Source: Chrysomallon squamiferum (lineage: Eukaryota; Animalia; Mollusca). From it: 64,000 bases of DNA. The stretch's first letter is position 1. Each line of letters starts with the position of its first letter. Both the position numbers and the translations under genes were made by a program. The notes under the pieces were generated by a model, which did not search any database, had not been told where the DNA came from, and was given only the letters and a program-made list of their open reading frames with translations. The DNA lies in the NCBI GenBank assembly GCA_012295275.1, contig CM022667.1, positions 9,672,001 through 9,736,000 on the forward strand, given 5' to 3'. Of the stretch, positions 13,526-26,693 are shown piece by piece.

Positions 13526-14293
13526 TTCTGAGACTCAGACGAAAGAACCGATGAAGCCGTCGTACATCCAGTCTCTGCTCTCGCCCCCGGGCACCCACCC
13601 AGCCCCTGTGCTCAGCCCTCCGAGCCGGGCCTCGCCCGACTCCCGCCTGGCCAGGAAGTACAGCCTGATCAAGGAGGACTCGCAGGAGGAGAACATGGAG
13701 GACCCCGAGGAGGAGATCGGCGAGGACATCCACGTGCAGCCGGTGCGCACGTTCGAGGACGTGGAGGAGAAGGTGTCGGCGCGCAACCTGTCCGAGGACC
13801 GGCAGGACGGCCTCACAGTGCGCTGGCCCCTCGTCTCCGTCGCCAGCTCCCCGCAGCTGCTCAACCAGATCTTCGAGGAGAACGAGTCGGATGAGGACGA
13901 CGACTTCGTGCCTGACAGCCTGCACGTCGTCCCCACGACGTATGGGGCGGCGCATGCCAGCATGGCCTCGCCCGAGATCCTGCGCAAGTACGAGCAGCGG
14001 AAGAAGCGTCGCGGGGGTGGTCAGCGCGGCGCCAGCTGCAGCAGCTCGGATGCCAGTGACACGGACGACACGGCCGAGGGCAGGTCGCGCAAGGACAAGC
14101 TCAAGCACAAGTTCGTGCATCGGCGCGACAGCAGTGACCACTCGAGCGACACGGACGGGCCGAGCGGAGGTGGGGGGAACCTCGGCAGCGGAGGGGGCCA
14201 CTACAGCGGCAGCGGCAGCTCGTCCAACAGCTCGAAGGACGGGAGCAAGAAGCCCGCGGGGAAGAAGGACGGAGGAGGGAAAGGTTCGAAGGG
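13526..14293 (+). CDS. SNRK: SNRK terminal exon, segment 1 (frame continuous with upstream exons; as assembled it runs on to TGA at 14388-14390)
   Basis: Acceptor tgtttcAG ends at 13525 (phase 2). Very high GC3. Motifs SSPQLLNQIFEENESDEDDD, SCSSSDASDTDD and RRDSS match my recollection of SNRK C-terminal conserved blocks (LNQIFEEGESDDE, SCSSSETSDDD, RRDSSE). Confidence 0.9.
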
Positions 14294-14590
14294 GGTGGAG
14301 GAGGTGGAGGTGGAGGTGGAGGACACAAATCCAAACAGCACCAGGTCAGCGTGGACAACATCGGCATCAACGTGGACTCGCAGAAGCTGATAAAGAAGCT
14401 GAACGAGATCAACATGGCCTCGCTGATGCCCAACTCGTGCAGCCGGAGCCCCAGAATAGTGAGCGAGCCGGGCGACTCCCTCAGAGAGAAGAACTTCATG
14501 TTCGGCTGCAGCCAGGTCCAGTACCTGGGTCAGTCGGACAGTGACCGCCAGGCGGAGGCGAAGTCGTTCCGCTTCAGCGAGATCTCCTCC
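14294..14590 (+). CDS. SNRK: SNRK terminal exon, segment 2 (-1 frame relative to segment 1)
   Basis: Reads GGGGGGGGGGHKSKQHQVSVDNIGINVDSQKLIKKLNEINMASLMPN...KSFRFSEISS with nearly all codons ending in G/C outside the Gly run. The original frame has six stops here (14388, 14391, 14400, 14424, 14457, 14460). Ends TCC TGA at 14588-14593. Confidence 0.75.
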
Positions 14591-14591
14591 T

Positions 14592-14804
14592 GACCAGTCG
14601 GACGTCGCGGAGGTGCGTGTGTCCAGCTGTCTGGCCGTGTGTTCCCCAGACTGCGTGCTCGTGCACAAGAAAGGCCCGAAGCTGGAGCACAAGATAAAGA
14701 GAGACATAAACAGCAACGGGTTCCCTCCGCGCTGTTGTCAGCCAGACGTCACTCCCAGCATGTCCACCCTCAAAGTCGAGTCGAAGTGTTGTTCAGTCGT
14801 GTAA
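14592..14804 (+). CDS. SNRK: SNRK terminal exon, segment 3 (+1 frame relative to segment 2), ending in CaaX-like CCSVV*
   Basis: GC3-rich codons resume at GAC CAG TCG GAC GTC. Translation DQSDVAEVRVSSCLAVCSPDC...STLKVESKCCSVV then TAA. Human SNRK ends SCCHVI (from recall). Composition becomes AT-rich right after this stop. Confidence 0.78.
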   Translation, partial: DQSDVAEVRVSSCLAVCSPDCVLVHKKGPKLEHKIKRDINSNGFPPRCCQPDVTPSMSTLKVESKCCSVV

Positions 14805-14963
14805 TGTTGTCTGAGCTTTATTTTACGTAAACCCGTTTGTGTCGATTTTTATTTTTTTATTTTTTGTTTTTTTGTATGGATTACAGAAACTCTTTAGTGT
14901 TATTGATATTCAGTTAGAACTCACTGTTGAAATCAAGAACAATCTTTTATTATTATGATTATA

Positions 14964-15007
<44 letters not shown>

Positions 15008-17546
15008 CACTGTTCTTCTTCTTATTTATTATTTTTATTATGTTTAGTTTTGGTGATTAAATATAGATAGTAATAAATTATTATTATGATTATTATTATT
15101 ATTATTATGTTTAGTGTTTATAAATATAAATAGTAACAAATTACTATTATTATTATTATTTAATCATTACTTTTTTTTAGTTTTAAAAGTAAAAGTTTTA
15201 TGATAAGTTTAGCAGATTTCTGATGGAATATTAATAAATGTATGAGATGTACAGACAGCAATAAATGACTAATATGTAAAAAAAAAAAGGATACAGATTC
15301 AGTTTGTTTTTTAATTTTTAAATTTTTTTTTAATGTATATTTTTTTCTCTTCTTATATATGGTCATTCAGAATGGAAAATGATTTTAACAAACTCTAGCA
15401 CAAATGGTGAACCATTTGTTGTGTTTGAATGTATGATATTTTTAAGTATGTTTTTAACATACATAATAATTTATTAATACTAGAAGTCATATACCTCATA
15501 TGTTAAGTGGTTCCTTCATTGTTTTTTGTTTTTTTTCTATGTAATTATTTTGTCAAATGCTTTAAAATTCACAGAAACAGATGCAGGGTTTTTTATGTTG
15601 GGTTTTTATTCAGTGTAATTGGGGGATGCACATACATTGAAGCAGGTGGCATGTTTTATTGTTAAATATACATACTTAATTGTGTAAATGCAGGTATTTT
15701 AGAATAGTTAACTATAAAGTATTTCGGAATAAAGGTACAAATTTAAGAATATTTACTTGTAAGAACAACTTGTTTGTTACGTTTATGAAAGAGAAGGTAG
15801 AAAAATGTTATCTGTTGCTTAAGGTTATTTGCTTTAAAAAAAAATTAAAAAAATGTTTTTAAAAAATAAAAAAGAGCCTTCCCTTGACTTCGTGCTGGAT
15901 CTCTGTTTGAGAAAATACTTCGTGTTGTGTCTCCTTCTGTTTATTTTAATCAGCTGGTAAATTTCATAATTTATAAAACGGAAAAGACAGAAAGAATATG
16001 TATTGTCATGTAATTTGGGTGTGCTTTCAATCTTTTGTTTAAAATCGTGGTTGGTTAAATGTTTACACAACAATTTTGTCATCTTGCTCAGAAATCTGTA
16101 TAATTTTTTTTTAAATGGGAAAAAAGAATTTTTGTTTGTTTTCTAAAATTGTTTTCAATTTCTGCTCAATCATGATTCAGCTGTTACTATAGTAACAAGA
16201 AGCTAGTTTTTTTTTTTTGTCAGTTTTTGTGCATAGTCATTTCATAAATTTTAAAAATAAAATGTAAATAAATATGGTGTCATAAAAATGATTTTAACTA
16301 AAGGGGAATCACTGTTCATATTTCCTATCAGAGTTCTCTCCCATACTAGTAGACTATGAAGATTAATTATAGAGCAAATCTCTACAGAATATTTCTCATT
16401 GCTAATGATTTCATGTTTTATGTAAGTGTAATAGATTTTTAAATTACTCTGTCAAGGATTCATACTGAATTGTCTTTTAACCTTGTTGCTGATATTGGAT
16501 GACTGTAGAATCTTTTTTTTATTTAAGAAACTCAAAGAACTTTTTAATGTACATGTTCTGGTACTAACACATGGATTAAATGCAATTAGTATGCATTATT
16601 TTACATGTTTCCTTCAAACCATTGTTTACTGATAATAAAGTATGATAATTAAAATAACATGCTTGAGAAGATACGAACAAAATGTAATTTCCTGTTTTTT
16701 TCATAACATCATTTGTGTTATTCACAAAAACATGAAGGATGATTATTCAAAAGGTGGACATGACGCCAACCTTTGTTATTAATAAAGTACACTGGTAAAA
16801 CAAAGTTTGTATTGATTTACTTAGAATATTTTTAATTTTTTAGGCTTCTGAATGTGAAATGTAACCCCAAAAAAAAAAAAAAAAAAAAAATAAAAAAAAA
16901 AATAATAATAATAAAATGAAAATGAAAATGATAATAATAATGAAAGAAAATTCTTATTTTATTGGCATACTTTATGGTTAGCAAACAATGGACACCAATA
17001 ACAAATAAAATTATTGTACCGAAGGCTACCTGTATCATACATTGTAATATTCAGTTTTAAATCATTCTCACATTTTCAGAAATAAAAAAAAAAAAAAATC
17101 TAAATGTTCTTTTTTGTTCAGCTATTTCTGTCATCAGTATTTGTACAACAATTTTGATAATATGGATCACTCGTTCAAATTTAGGCTACAGCTTGAAAAT
17201 CCTGGCTCTGAGCACACTATACATGTATATTTTTAAAAAGCAAAACATTGTGAATATTTCTCTCAAATAATTCTAGACTTTTGCTTTATGATAACTTTTA
17301 ATCTTTTCTTTTTGGTCCTTGTTGTTTGTTAAGAATATATTCTGTGCTGGACACAACTGCATGGAGAAAAAAAATTAACTTGCCCAAATTTTTAAATATT
17401 TAAAAAAAAAAAAATTAAAAGATAAAAAAATGTTGTTTTTCATTTATTAATTGTAAGCTCAGTTATTGACAAGAATGCAAAACAAGTTTGTCCAATGTGT
17501 TCTATCTCATGTTTTGTGCCAGTAAATATCAGTATTCAATCAGTGT

Positions 17547-17605
<59 letters not shown>

Positions 17606-19545
17606 CTGTCAGTTGAATACTTAGGACATTATTTGGGTGGAGAAAATGGCATTTATAATTTTTAATTCATTTGGATAATATTTTAAGTACATAGAAATAT
17701 AAATTTAAAACAAAACACATGAAGATATAGGTTACACATATATATATATATATAGGATTTTTATATGTTTGGTCAAATTTAAAACCTTTTTTTTTTTGTA
17801 GGCATGTTTTTGTCACATTGTAAATGTTTATGTTTTTTGTGGGTTTTTTTTATATATGAAAGACAAAACAGACAAAAGTAAATTCAACCATTGAGTGTTT
17901 TTGAATTTTTCTTTAGTTAATTGAAATCATGTTAGTCTCATCTCAAATTAGCATTGTTATTGTTGTGTTGTTATTATTATTATTATTATTGACTACTAAT
18001 TATTATCATCGATTCTTAGCTTTTCATTCATATTTTTGACTCATTTTTTATTTTTACTAATTCATAATTAAACTGATTCGTCAGAAATAGTATTTTATTA
18101 ATTTTTATTCAAAACGAATGTTAATTTATTACTTACTTACAACTGATTCTTAGTTCATCTGGATTAATGCTTTATGTTGCTTCACTGTTTTATATTTATT
18201 AATATATTCTGATTAAAAAAAAAATGAATTATAATTATTGTTATTATCAATTTTTAATTAATTTTTAATCATAATTAATAAACTGATATGTTTTTTTTTT
18301 TGTCATTATTAATCACTAGTATTATTATTAATATTGCTAATTTTTTTTTATTCTTATTCTTATTCTTACTCTTCTTATTACTATTTTTATCATTATTATC
18401 ATTATCATTATCATTATTACTATTATTATTATTACTACTATTATCATCATCATCATCATCATCATTATTGTTATTATTATTATTATTACATAGAGTTCTG
18501 ATGTTTTTATAATAAGAAACTCAAACAATCCTCAGTCCTACAGTAGTTTGCAATGCATTAATTGTGTAAAGATGGGAGCAGGTGATGATGTGCTGTTGAC
18601 AAATGGGGCATGTATGATTTTTGTGTAAAAAAAAAAAAAAAAATTTTTTTTTTAAATTGAACATCATCTGTTTGTAAGTCTTCAAGTGTCTGGTGTACAC
18701 ATTTAGGGGCATTTAAACTGGTGATATTTTTAAGTGAAATACTTTAAGCTACTGTGTACCTGAATTTCATTGATTACACCGCGAATTAACTGAATGTTAA
18801 GTTGAACGCGGTCGACTCCATTTTGAAATGCCGTGTTTTGGTCTTTTTGCTTATTTCCCTTTGTTTGACATTCATCGCATTTCAGCATTTTGGTATAAAT
18901 CAGTTCTGATGAATATGAATTTTAATTTTTAAAAAAAATGTTTTTTAATTTAAGACCCTTGTTTTTTTTTTTTTTTGCACACACGGGTATCCTGTTTCAG
19001 AAATAATTTTAACCTTAGCAGTATCCTTTATAATGATTAACTTGATTATATTTATTGTATAATATTTTGAAAAAATAAAATAAAATAAAAATAACAAAAT
19101 GTACAATTTTTTTTTATTGTGTATTAATTATTTTATTTGTGTAACTGATAACACACTATTTGTGTTTATCTTGTGTTTACTGAGTTTGATGTGTTGTACA
19201 AATCTTACTCTAGGTTGTGTATGGCTTTTTAAAAAATGTGTCTGTACATCTGTATGTATGTCTTTATAATTTAATACATGTATCTGTTAGTTTAGATGTA
19301 TGTATATGTTTGTAGTTATTTATTTGTTTGTGTGTGTATGTGTGTGTATATATATATATATACATGCAGATATTGTATATACTCAGGCACACATACACAC
19401 ACTGAAGTCACTCATGCAACTGTTAATTTTCTATAGTCAATTTCAGTCTGGTGATTTGTAAATATGGTACAGTAGCAGTTCCTCAGTTTCTCTTTATATA
19501 ACAGTTTTTAAACTCGCCAAATAAAGACGCAGTAATCTTTTCTTA
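14805..19545 (+). other. Putative long SNRK 3' UTR; candidate poly(A) signal AATAAA at 19520-19525
   Basis: AT/U-rich sequence after the stop with several TGTANATA motifs. The 19520 AATAAA is followed by T-rich sequence. Several other AATAAA sites exist, so the end point is uncertain. Confidence 0.3.
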
Positions 19546-21533
19546 ACATTTCCTACTATTCTGTTTTATTCTAATTAACAAAATTAGTATTCATGAGCTC
19601 CGATTAATATTCATGGTAGAAGAACTGTTTGTTGTTATTGGTATTTTAACACCCTGATTTGTCTTCATCACTATTGACTGACTGATAACCAGTATAGAAG
19701 GAATATCATTTCTTTAATATTCTAACTCACTAACTGATATTAGTCATCTTTTAATATTCACTGTAGAAGAAATATTCTAAAACATTATTAATATTTGTAG
19801 AGGTTTTATGTTGAAAACCATTGTTGTTAATATTGTTGAATACTAATTAAGATTCATTAATATTCAAAGCAGAAGAAAAGTTTGTTATTATTAATGTTAT
19901 GCTAATTAATTCAAATTCCCAGTGTACTGAAAACCCAAGGGAATGATTTGTTAATTTATTGTACCATCTTCATTAATATCACTTTAATACACTAATTAAT
20001 ATTCATCGCTTTTAATTATTAATGAGAAACAAATGCTTCTTAATACTGCCCTAATTAATATTCGGTTTTGTTTAGTACTGTTCATAGACACGGTAAAATA
20101 ATCTAAAATATTTCACCAAAATTAAATTATGTGGTAGTAAGTTTGTACGTATTAGTATTTTCAGTACTGGTTAATATTCTGTTTGATTCTCAGCATTATT
20201 TAATATTCTAATTATGTTTCTTAGCATTCACCCATACTCATCAATAAGCTGAACTGAATCACAGTATTTTCTTATTTAATATTCTGTTTTATTTCCTGCC
20301 TTAATATTCTGGTGACATCAATTGGCATTGCCACTTTAAATAACAAGAACTAATATTTTCTTATTTAATGTTATGTTATCTGCCCCCATTGATATTCTGT
20401 GCTTGTTAATATATTCTGTTCAAGAAGTGTCTGTGTTTATAGAATTCTGTTGACATTCTGTACCAGTGAATTTTTTATTGTTTACTATTTTGGCCTCATT
20501 AATATTTTGTTTGTAACATTAAACTGTTTCATTAACCTATGTGATAATCCCAGTTTAACACATACTGTGGTATACTGAACATCGGTAATTAATGATTTAT
20601 TGTGTAGTACACCGGTTATCTGAATAAAAAAATCTCATTTATATACAATATATATACATCTTGGAAAATATAGGACAGACATAATAGTTTTAAATTTGGT
20701 TTTAACGTTGTAGGCCATTTGCTATTTTTTGTGAAGCAGAGGGAGAATTTGAAATTTGAATTCTAATCTGTAGTTGGTTAAAATGAATTCAAGCAACATC
20801 CTATTCATTTTAAAAGTGCATGACGTTTTTTGTGTAGCAAGTCTTAATTAATTTTTATAATTTAACAGATTTAAAAAGAATAAACATTAATGTCTTAATG
20901 GAGATTTAATAATTTTAAGACTGAAAACAATTTAAATAAATAAATAAATAAATTTTTCAATTACAACAAAATTTTCTTGAAAGTCAAAATTCAAGAATTA
21001 AGCAAAATGTGGTAAAAAAAATGAATGGCCGCATACTTAAAATCTATTTTAATACTTTATTATCAACAAAGGTTGGTGTACAATAACAAAAAAAACCTCT
21101 TATCATATTGAAGTACATAAAATAAATTTTAACTACGTGTTTTTAGTATCTAAATTACATTTTAAATTACTTTTTCCTTCCACATAAATTGTATTTCTTT
21201 TTGACCTCGTGAATCTTATCTCACACTGCCTGATTAAAATAGTTTGTGCTTCTCTATAAACTTGTGACCCTCACCGTATACCTTTTATGATCTGCCCTTA
21301 AATGTTTTTGTCCACCCCCTGTAAATATTTATTCCCTCTTGTTAATTCTCGATTCCTCTGTAATTTGTAATTATGGGGGGGGGGCTGAGATACCAATGCT
21401 ACTTCTGTTTTCACCATAGTCCTCCCTACTTCAAAAATGATTATATTTTTATTTAATTATTTTTTAATTAATTTAATATCATTATTATTATTATTATTAT
21501 TATTACGTTATATTTATTATTATTTGTATTATT

Positions 21534-21564
<31 letters not shown>

Positions 21565-21838
21565 CTACTACTACTATTACAACTATTTCTATTAAATTAG
21601 TTTTATTTTTCGATTATTATTTTTTTGTGAATTAAAATTTTCTCTAGGTGCATCACTCTAAATCTGTTGTTATGGTTACCTCGTTAGCTTTGTTATCGAG
21701 AGAAAGTGCCAGTAGACACCTCAATGCGGGCGTTGAGGTGACAGACAAGTAAATCTGTCTGTCTGTCTGTCCGTCTTTCTTTCTTGTACATAGTCAACAG
21801 AACTTGAAAGCTAAATAATTAAAATATGTTCACTTCTG

Positions 21839-21990
21839 AGAGAGAGAGATGAGAGAGAGAGAGAGGACAAGAGAGAGAGAGAGGATGAGAGAGAGAGAGA
21901 GGATGAGAGAAGATGAGAGAGGATGAGAGAGAGAGAGAGAGAGAGAGAGGATGAGAGAGAAGATGAGAGAGGATGAGAGAGAGAGAGAGA
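21839..21990. repeat. Compound (GA)n/GGAT purine-rich repeat
   Basis: GAGAGAGAGGAT-type units read directly. Confidence 0.8.
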
Positions 21991-24567
21991 TAATTTTATT
22001 ACAATAAATATAATAAAAATAAAGATGATGATGTCATAATTAATAAACAAGGAGTCTAAATAATTCTCAAAAAAAAAAAAAAAAAAATAAATAAATAAAT
22101 AAAATAAAATAAAAATTATTAAGAATTTATATTTATTTAGAAATAGAAATATATTACACATAACAAGGTCAAGTATGTTTCACAACATCAGTAGTTTTTA
22201 TTTATTCTTTGTAATAGGAAAATATAGTTCTGGTCCTCAGTTGTAATGGTAATAAGTTTGGATTTAATATAAAAAAGATTATTATATTCTTTCAGATGCA
22301 AACATATTAATTCTACTAATCCTGATTAATACTTATAGTAGTAACAGTGTTTTAGTATATATATATATATATATATAAATTAGTTTTAGTATTTAAAACT
22401 ATTTTAAAATCATTCTTTCTAGTGGAAACCTATTGCCCCACTACAACAGAATTTTCTGGTTAAATTAAAAAATAACATTCATGTGAATACCTACCTATCT
22501 ATGTTATTAATAACATTAATAATTAACATTATCTTACAGGTGAAGTACTGATACCTATTCATGGTAATATTAATAATCGTCTGTATATATCTAGTATCTA
22601 ATTTAAACTATCTTAAGGACATTTCTTTCAGATCTGAACATATTTTGTTTAAAACCTGTACATAGCAGAGAGTTTATTTGTTTGCACTGCACCCATTAAA
22701 CGGACCCACAAGGCAACAGATAGGCAGATGTGTGTTAGCTGGTATATTACCTAGATTCGTAACTCGTAGAAAAATACTTCTTGTACTCTTAAATTGTGAT
22801 GCTGTATATTGTGTCCTGCCAATGTGTCTGTCTGTCTGTCTGTTTTAGCCTGTCATCACTAACCCATCATTTTGGACAGACAGTATGTGAATAAATTCAG
22901 TGCAGAAACAATAATGGATGTTTGTTGTTTTTTCTGGTTTTTTTGTGGTTTTTTTTTTTTTTCACCATCTAGTGTCATGTTCGAATCTTTTATTTATATA
23001 AAAAAAAATATAAATGTTAAAAAATTCTTACACTGTTCCAGTGTTAATCTGAATATTGGTGCTTTATTTACTTCAGTGAGATTATTTTGTATGAAATCAG
23101 GAACACGTTTTTGCTGAACAGTGTAAGACAATGACAGTCTGGCTGTTACTACTTTCTTGTGTTCTCAAGGTATTGTACTAAAAATAATAGATTTACAAAT
23201 TATGAACAATCTTAACAAACAAGTTATTATTTTAATATTAATTGTGGTATTTCAATTATTAACTGTTTTTAGAATGAAGATTTTTTTAACAATAAATAAA
23301 TAAATAAATAAAATAATATATTTCCTAAAAACCTGACACTGGACGTTACTACGATCAGCATCCATTGTTACGAAGACACTAAAAATAAAAAATATCCACT
23401 TTCTAAAAACAATTAATAACTGAAATACCACAATTAATTTTAAAATAATTACTTGTTTGTTGTTATTAAATTAGGCTTCCACTTGAACCAATGTATTATA
23501 AATCTGTTTTCTTCACCGTCATCCCGATGTGGCTAAAATAAGGGAGATAATAACCTCATTCTGCGCATTAGAAATAACAAGAGTGAATTCCCTTCCCCTT
23601 ATCCAATTCATGCATTTCTATCTTCTAAATATTCTGTTTTTTTTTTTTCGGTGTAAAGAGAAAGGTTTCGAAAATGTTCGAAATAACCTTTTAGATAGAG
23701 ATACCAAGTTATGATTCAGTGATTTTTATTATGAATTACAGAATAAAGAAATAAAGAAATAAAAAATTGTGTAAAAATACACTCAGCATATTTACATCGT
23801 ACAGTAGTCGTCCTACTTTTGGTTGGTAATACATAACAGTTAACGAACAAAAGATAATGAGAGGTAAAAATATAGGACTCTGCAAAAAAGGGACTGTTTA
23901 TATGATTAGCAGAAATTAATCTTTTATACGACCTACTCATAAACCGGAAAATATATAACAATTTTTGATAAACGAATCGGGGGGGCTGGGGATGGTGATA
24001 TAATTAAATGATTTTATAATTCAACATTGCCACAAATGGAAAATAAAAGTCTGCAGACATCCTACGAAACTTAATTTTTAATGTTCTTACTTTAATATCG
24101 GCAAAATCAAAACTTCACTAACAAATCATACAAATACTACGCCGAATACGAAATGTATTTTGACTACAGGTTTACTTCAGACAGTGCTGTGAAGGTATCC
24201 CACGCTGACGTTGTGTTCAGTTCGTACTGTATCCCGTACTGTTCGTGTAATTCCGTCTATCGATCGGAAATGGGGAAACAGACGACAACTGCCGACGAGG
24301 GTGACGCTGCTGTTGTTGACAGTAGCAATCAGCTGTCGTTGTCTGAATTTCTTTCCAAACGTTGCTTAATTGCACGTGCTGGCTGTGTGTGTGTATTTCC
24401 GGATAGATAACGTAATCTTAGCTGGAAAGAAAGCCACAAAATGTCTCGCATTCCATTTAAGTAAACAGACTGCTGTACAAACAAAAATGATCTTTTATAA
24501 TCAATTGTCTGCTGACACTGACGTAATGTTAGTATTAAAGTCGTCTGTAACATTCTAGAAGCTTCTG

Positions 24568-24577
24568 TTACTACTAC

Positions 24578-24627
<50 letters not shown>

Positions 24628-24744
24628 TTACTATTATCATTATTACTGTTGCTGCTACTTCTACTACTACTGCAATTACTACCATTATTACAATACGGCT
24701 GCTGCTATTACTACAACTACTACTACTGTCACTACTACTGCTTC

Positions 24745-24786
<42 letters not shown>

Positions 24787-24949
24787 CAGTATACTACTAC
24801 TACTTCCACATTACTGCTACTACTACTACTAGTACTGCTACTACAACTACTACAACTATTACTTTTACTACCACCGTTATTATAACTACTGCTACATCAA
24901 TATATTTACTTCTGATGCTGCCACTATTGCTATTAACTCCTCTGTTTTT

Positions 24950-24991
<42 letters not shown>

Positions 24992-25010
24992 ATTATTATT
25001 ATTATTATTG
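24568..25010. repeat. Compound trinucleotide array (ACT)n/(AAT)n/(GAT)n/(ATT)n
   Basis: Read directly; source of several low-complexity ORFs in the track. Confidence 0.85.
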
Positions 25011-25660
25011 ACCCAAACAAACAAACAAACAAACAAAAAAAACCCCAAATAAATAAATAAATAAATAAAAAATGGGCGAACTGTCAATAATTGTATTTAT
25101 ATCGCAAAAACACGACAGCGAAACAAGGAGACTAAGAACTTAAGTGTGATAAAGGAGAAAAAACAATTGCTCCGACGTGGCGATTGCGAACGTTAATTCT
25201 GCTTAAATCCTAGTAACGAGATTTGCAGCAGCAGTTTTGATTATAACGAACCCGACGCATTTCGTCTCAGTTTCTGCTCCTTGATCCTCGGCAAGTGGCT
25301 GTACGGCTGCATCTATTTTTTTTTTCTAAAGATAATTGAAGAGTCCTGCCACGGGCGGTAACATCGGCAGACTGTTAGCGAAGAAATCGCGACCGACTGA
25401 CGCAATTCCGCCATTTTGTTTGACATTTCGGGAAGCTCCCGGGGAGCTGATTGTTAATATAAACCTCCCTTGATTCAGCGAAATGCCAACACGTAGGGTT
25501 AATATCGGCGACAAGGGAAGAGCATGTACGGCAGAAATCTCGATTGTTGTTGAAGGCAAAAAAATTATAGCAACAACTATTTTGGCCGGTGAAGCTCAGT
25601 CGTTGTAGACTTTTTCTTGACATTATAACCGAATATTAATTAGCCTATTGTTGTGAGATT

Positions 25661-25737
<77 letters not shown>

Positions 25738-26613
25738 CCTACTTCAGGAGCGTATCCAGGATGTCAGAATAGGGCGGAATCATTATCGTGTTGGTTATAA
25801 TTTTCAATTTTAAAAATAATAAAAACAAACAAACAAAAAAACAAACAACGACGAAAACCAAACACCCTACCAAAATCCCAAAGCAAGAAACCAAACAACA
25901 ACAACAACAAAACCCCCTAAAACAACTATTAAATAATAATAATAAAAATAAAACGAATAAAATAACAAAATAAAAATAATATATAATGACAAAAACAACC
26001 AGCATCCAACAATAAACGGATAGACAGACAAACCCACAGACAGACAGACAGATAGATAGATAGATATATAAATAAATAAGTAATAAAAGCCGAATTCTCA
26101 CTGGTAAGCATACAACTGGAAGTAGACGCGTGTAATATAAATTAAGGAACTGCAAACAAACGTGGACAGCATTCAGTGGTAATAAACCAGACAGCTGTAA
26201 ATAAGACGACAAACACAATCCTCAAAACCCCAGCAAACCAAAAATATAACAAAACAAACAAGATATATAAAACCTACTAACAAAATATGCAACAATAACA
26301 ACATGCAACAACCAATACATTTTTAAATTGAAGAGAATGAAGTGAATGATGATGATGATGGTAATGATGATGATGATAATAATGATGATAAGAATAATAA
26401 GTGAAATGAAATAAAACAAATATTTTAACTTTACTGAAATAATATTGCGTATTTAAAACAGAAAAGTATTACTAATAATGAAAAATAAAGAGGAGTAAAA
26501 TAAAATAAAACAAACAAATAAACAAACAAACACACAAGTAAATAAATAAGAGAAGACACGCCTACTTCGTAACAGGCAATGACGTAAATAAACATCTTTT
26601 ATTATTATTGTTA

Positions 26614-26693
<80 letters not shown>

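Noticed and set aside
14345-14515. 171-nt GT-AG exitron that would remove all six stops and restore one frame to CCSVV
   Set aside because: The acceptor lacks a pyrimidine tract, all other introns here are AT-rich, and the segment shows strong codon bias in the -1 frame. Disfavoured but testable by RNA-seq.
13488-14716. Long antisense and alternate-frame ORFs over the SNRK last exon (237, 217, 171, 150 and 132 aa)
   Set aside because: Expected shadows of a GC3-rich coding exon; no recognisable domains.
14591-14830. Stop-codon readthrough or selenocysteine at TGA 14591 (that frame stays open to 14830)
   Set aside because: The readthrough frame has poor codon bias and lacks the SNRK-like CCxxx end, which is in the +1 frame. 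No SECIS recognised.
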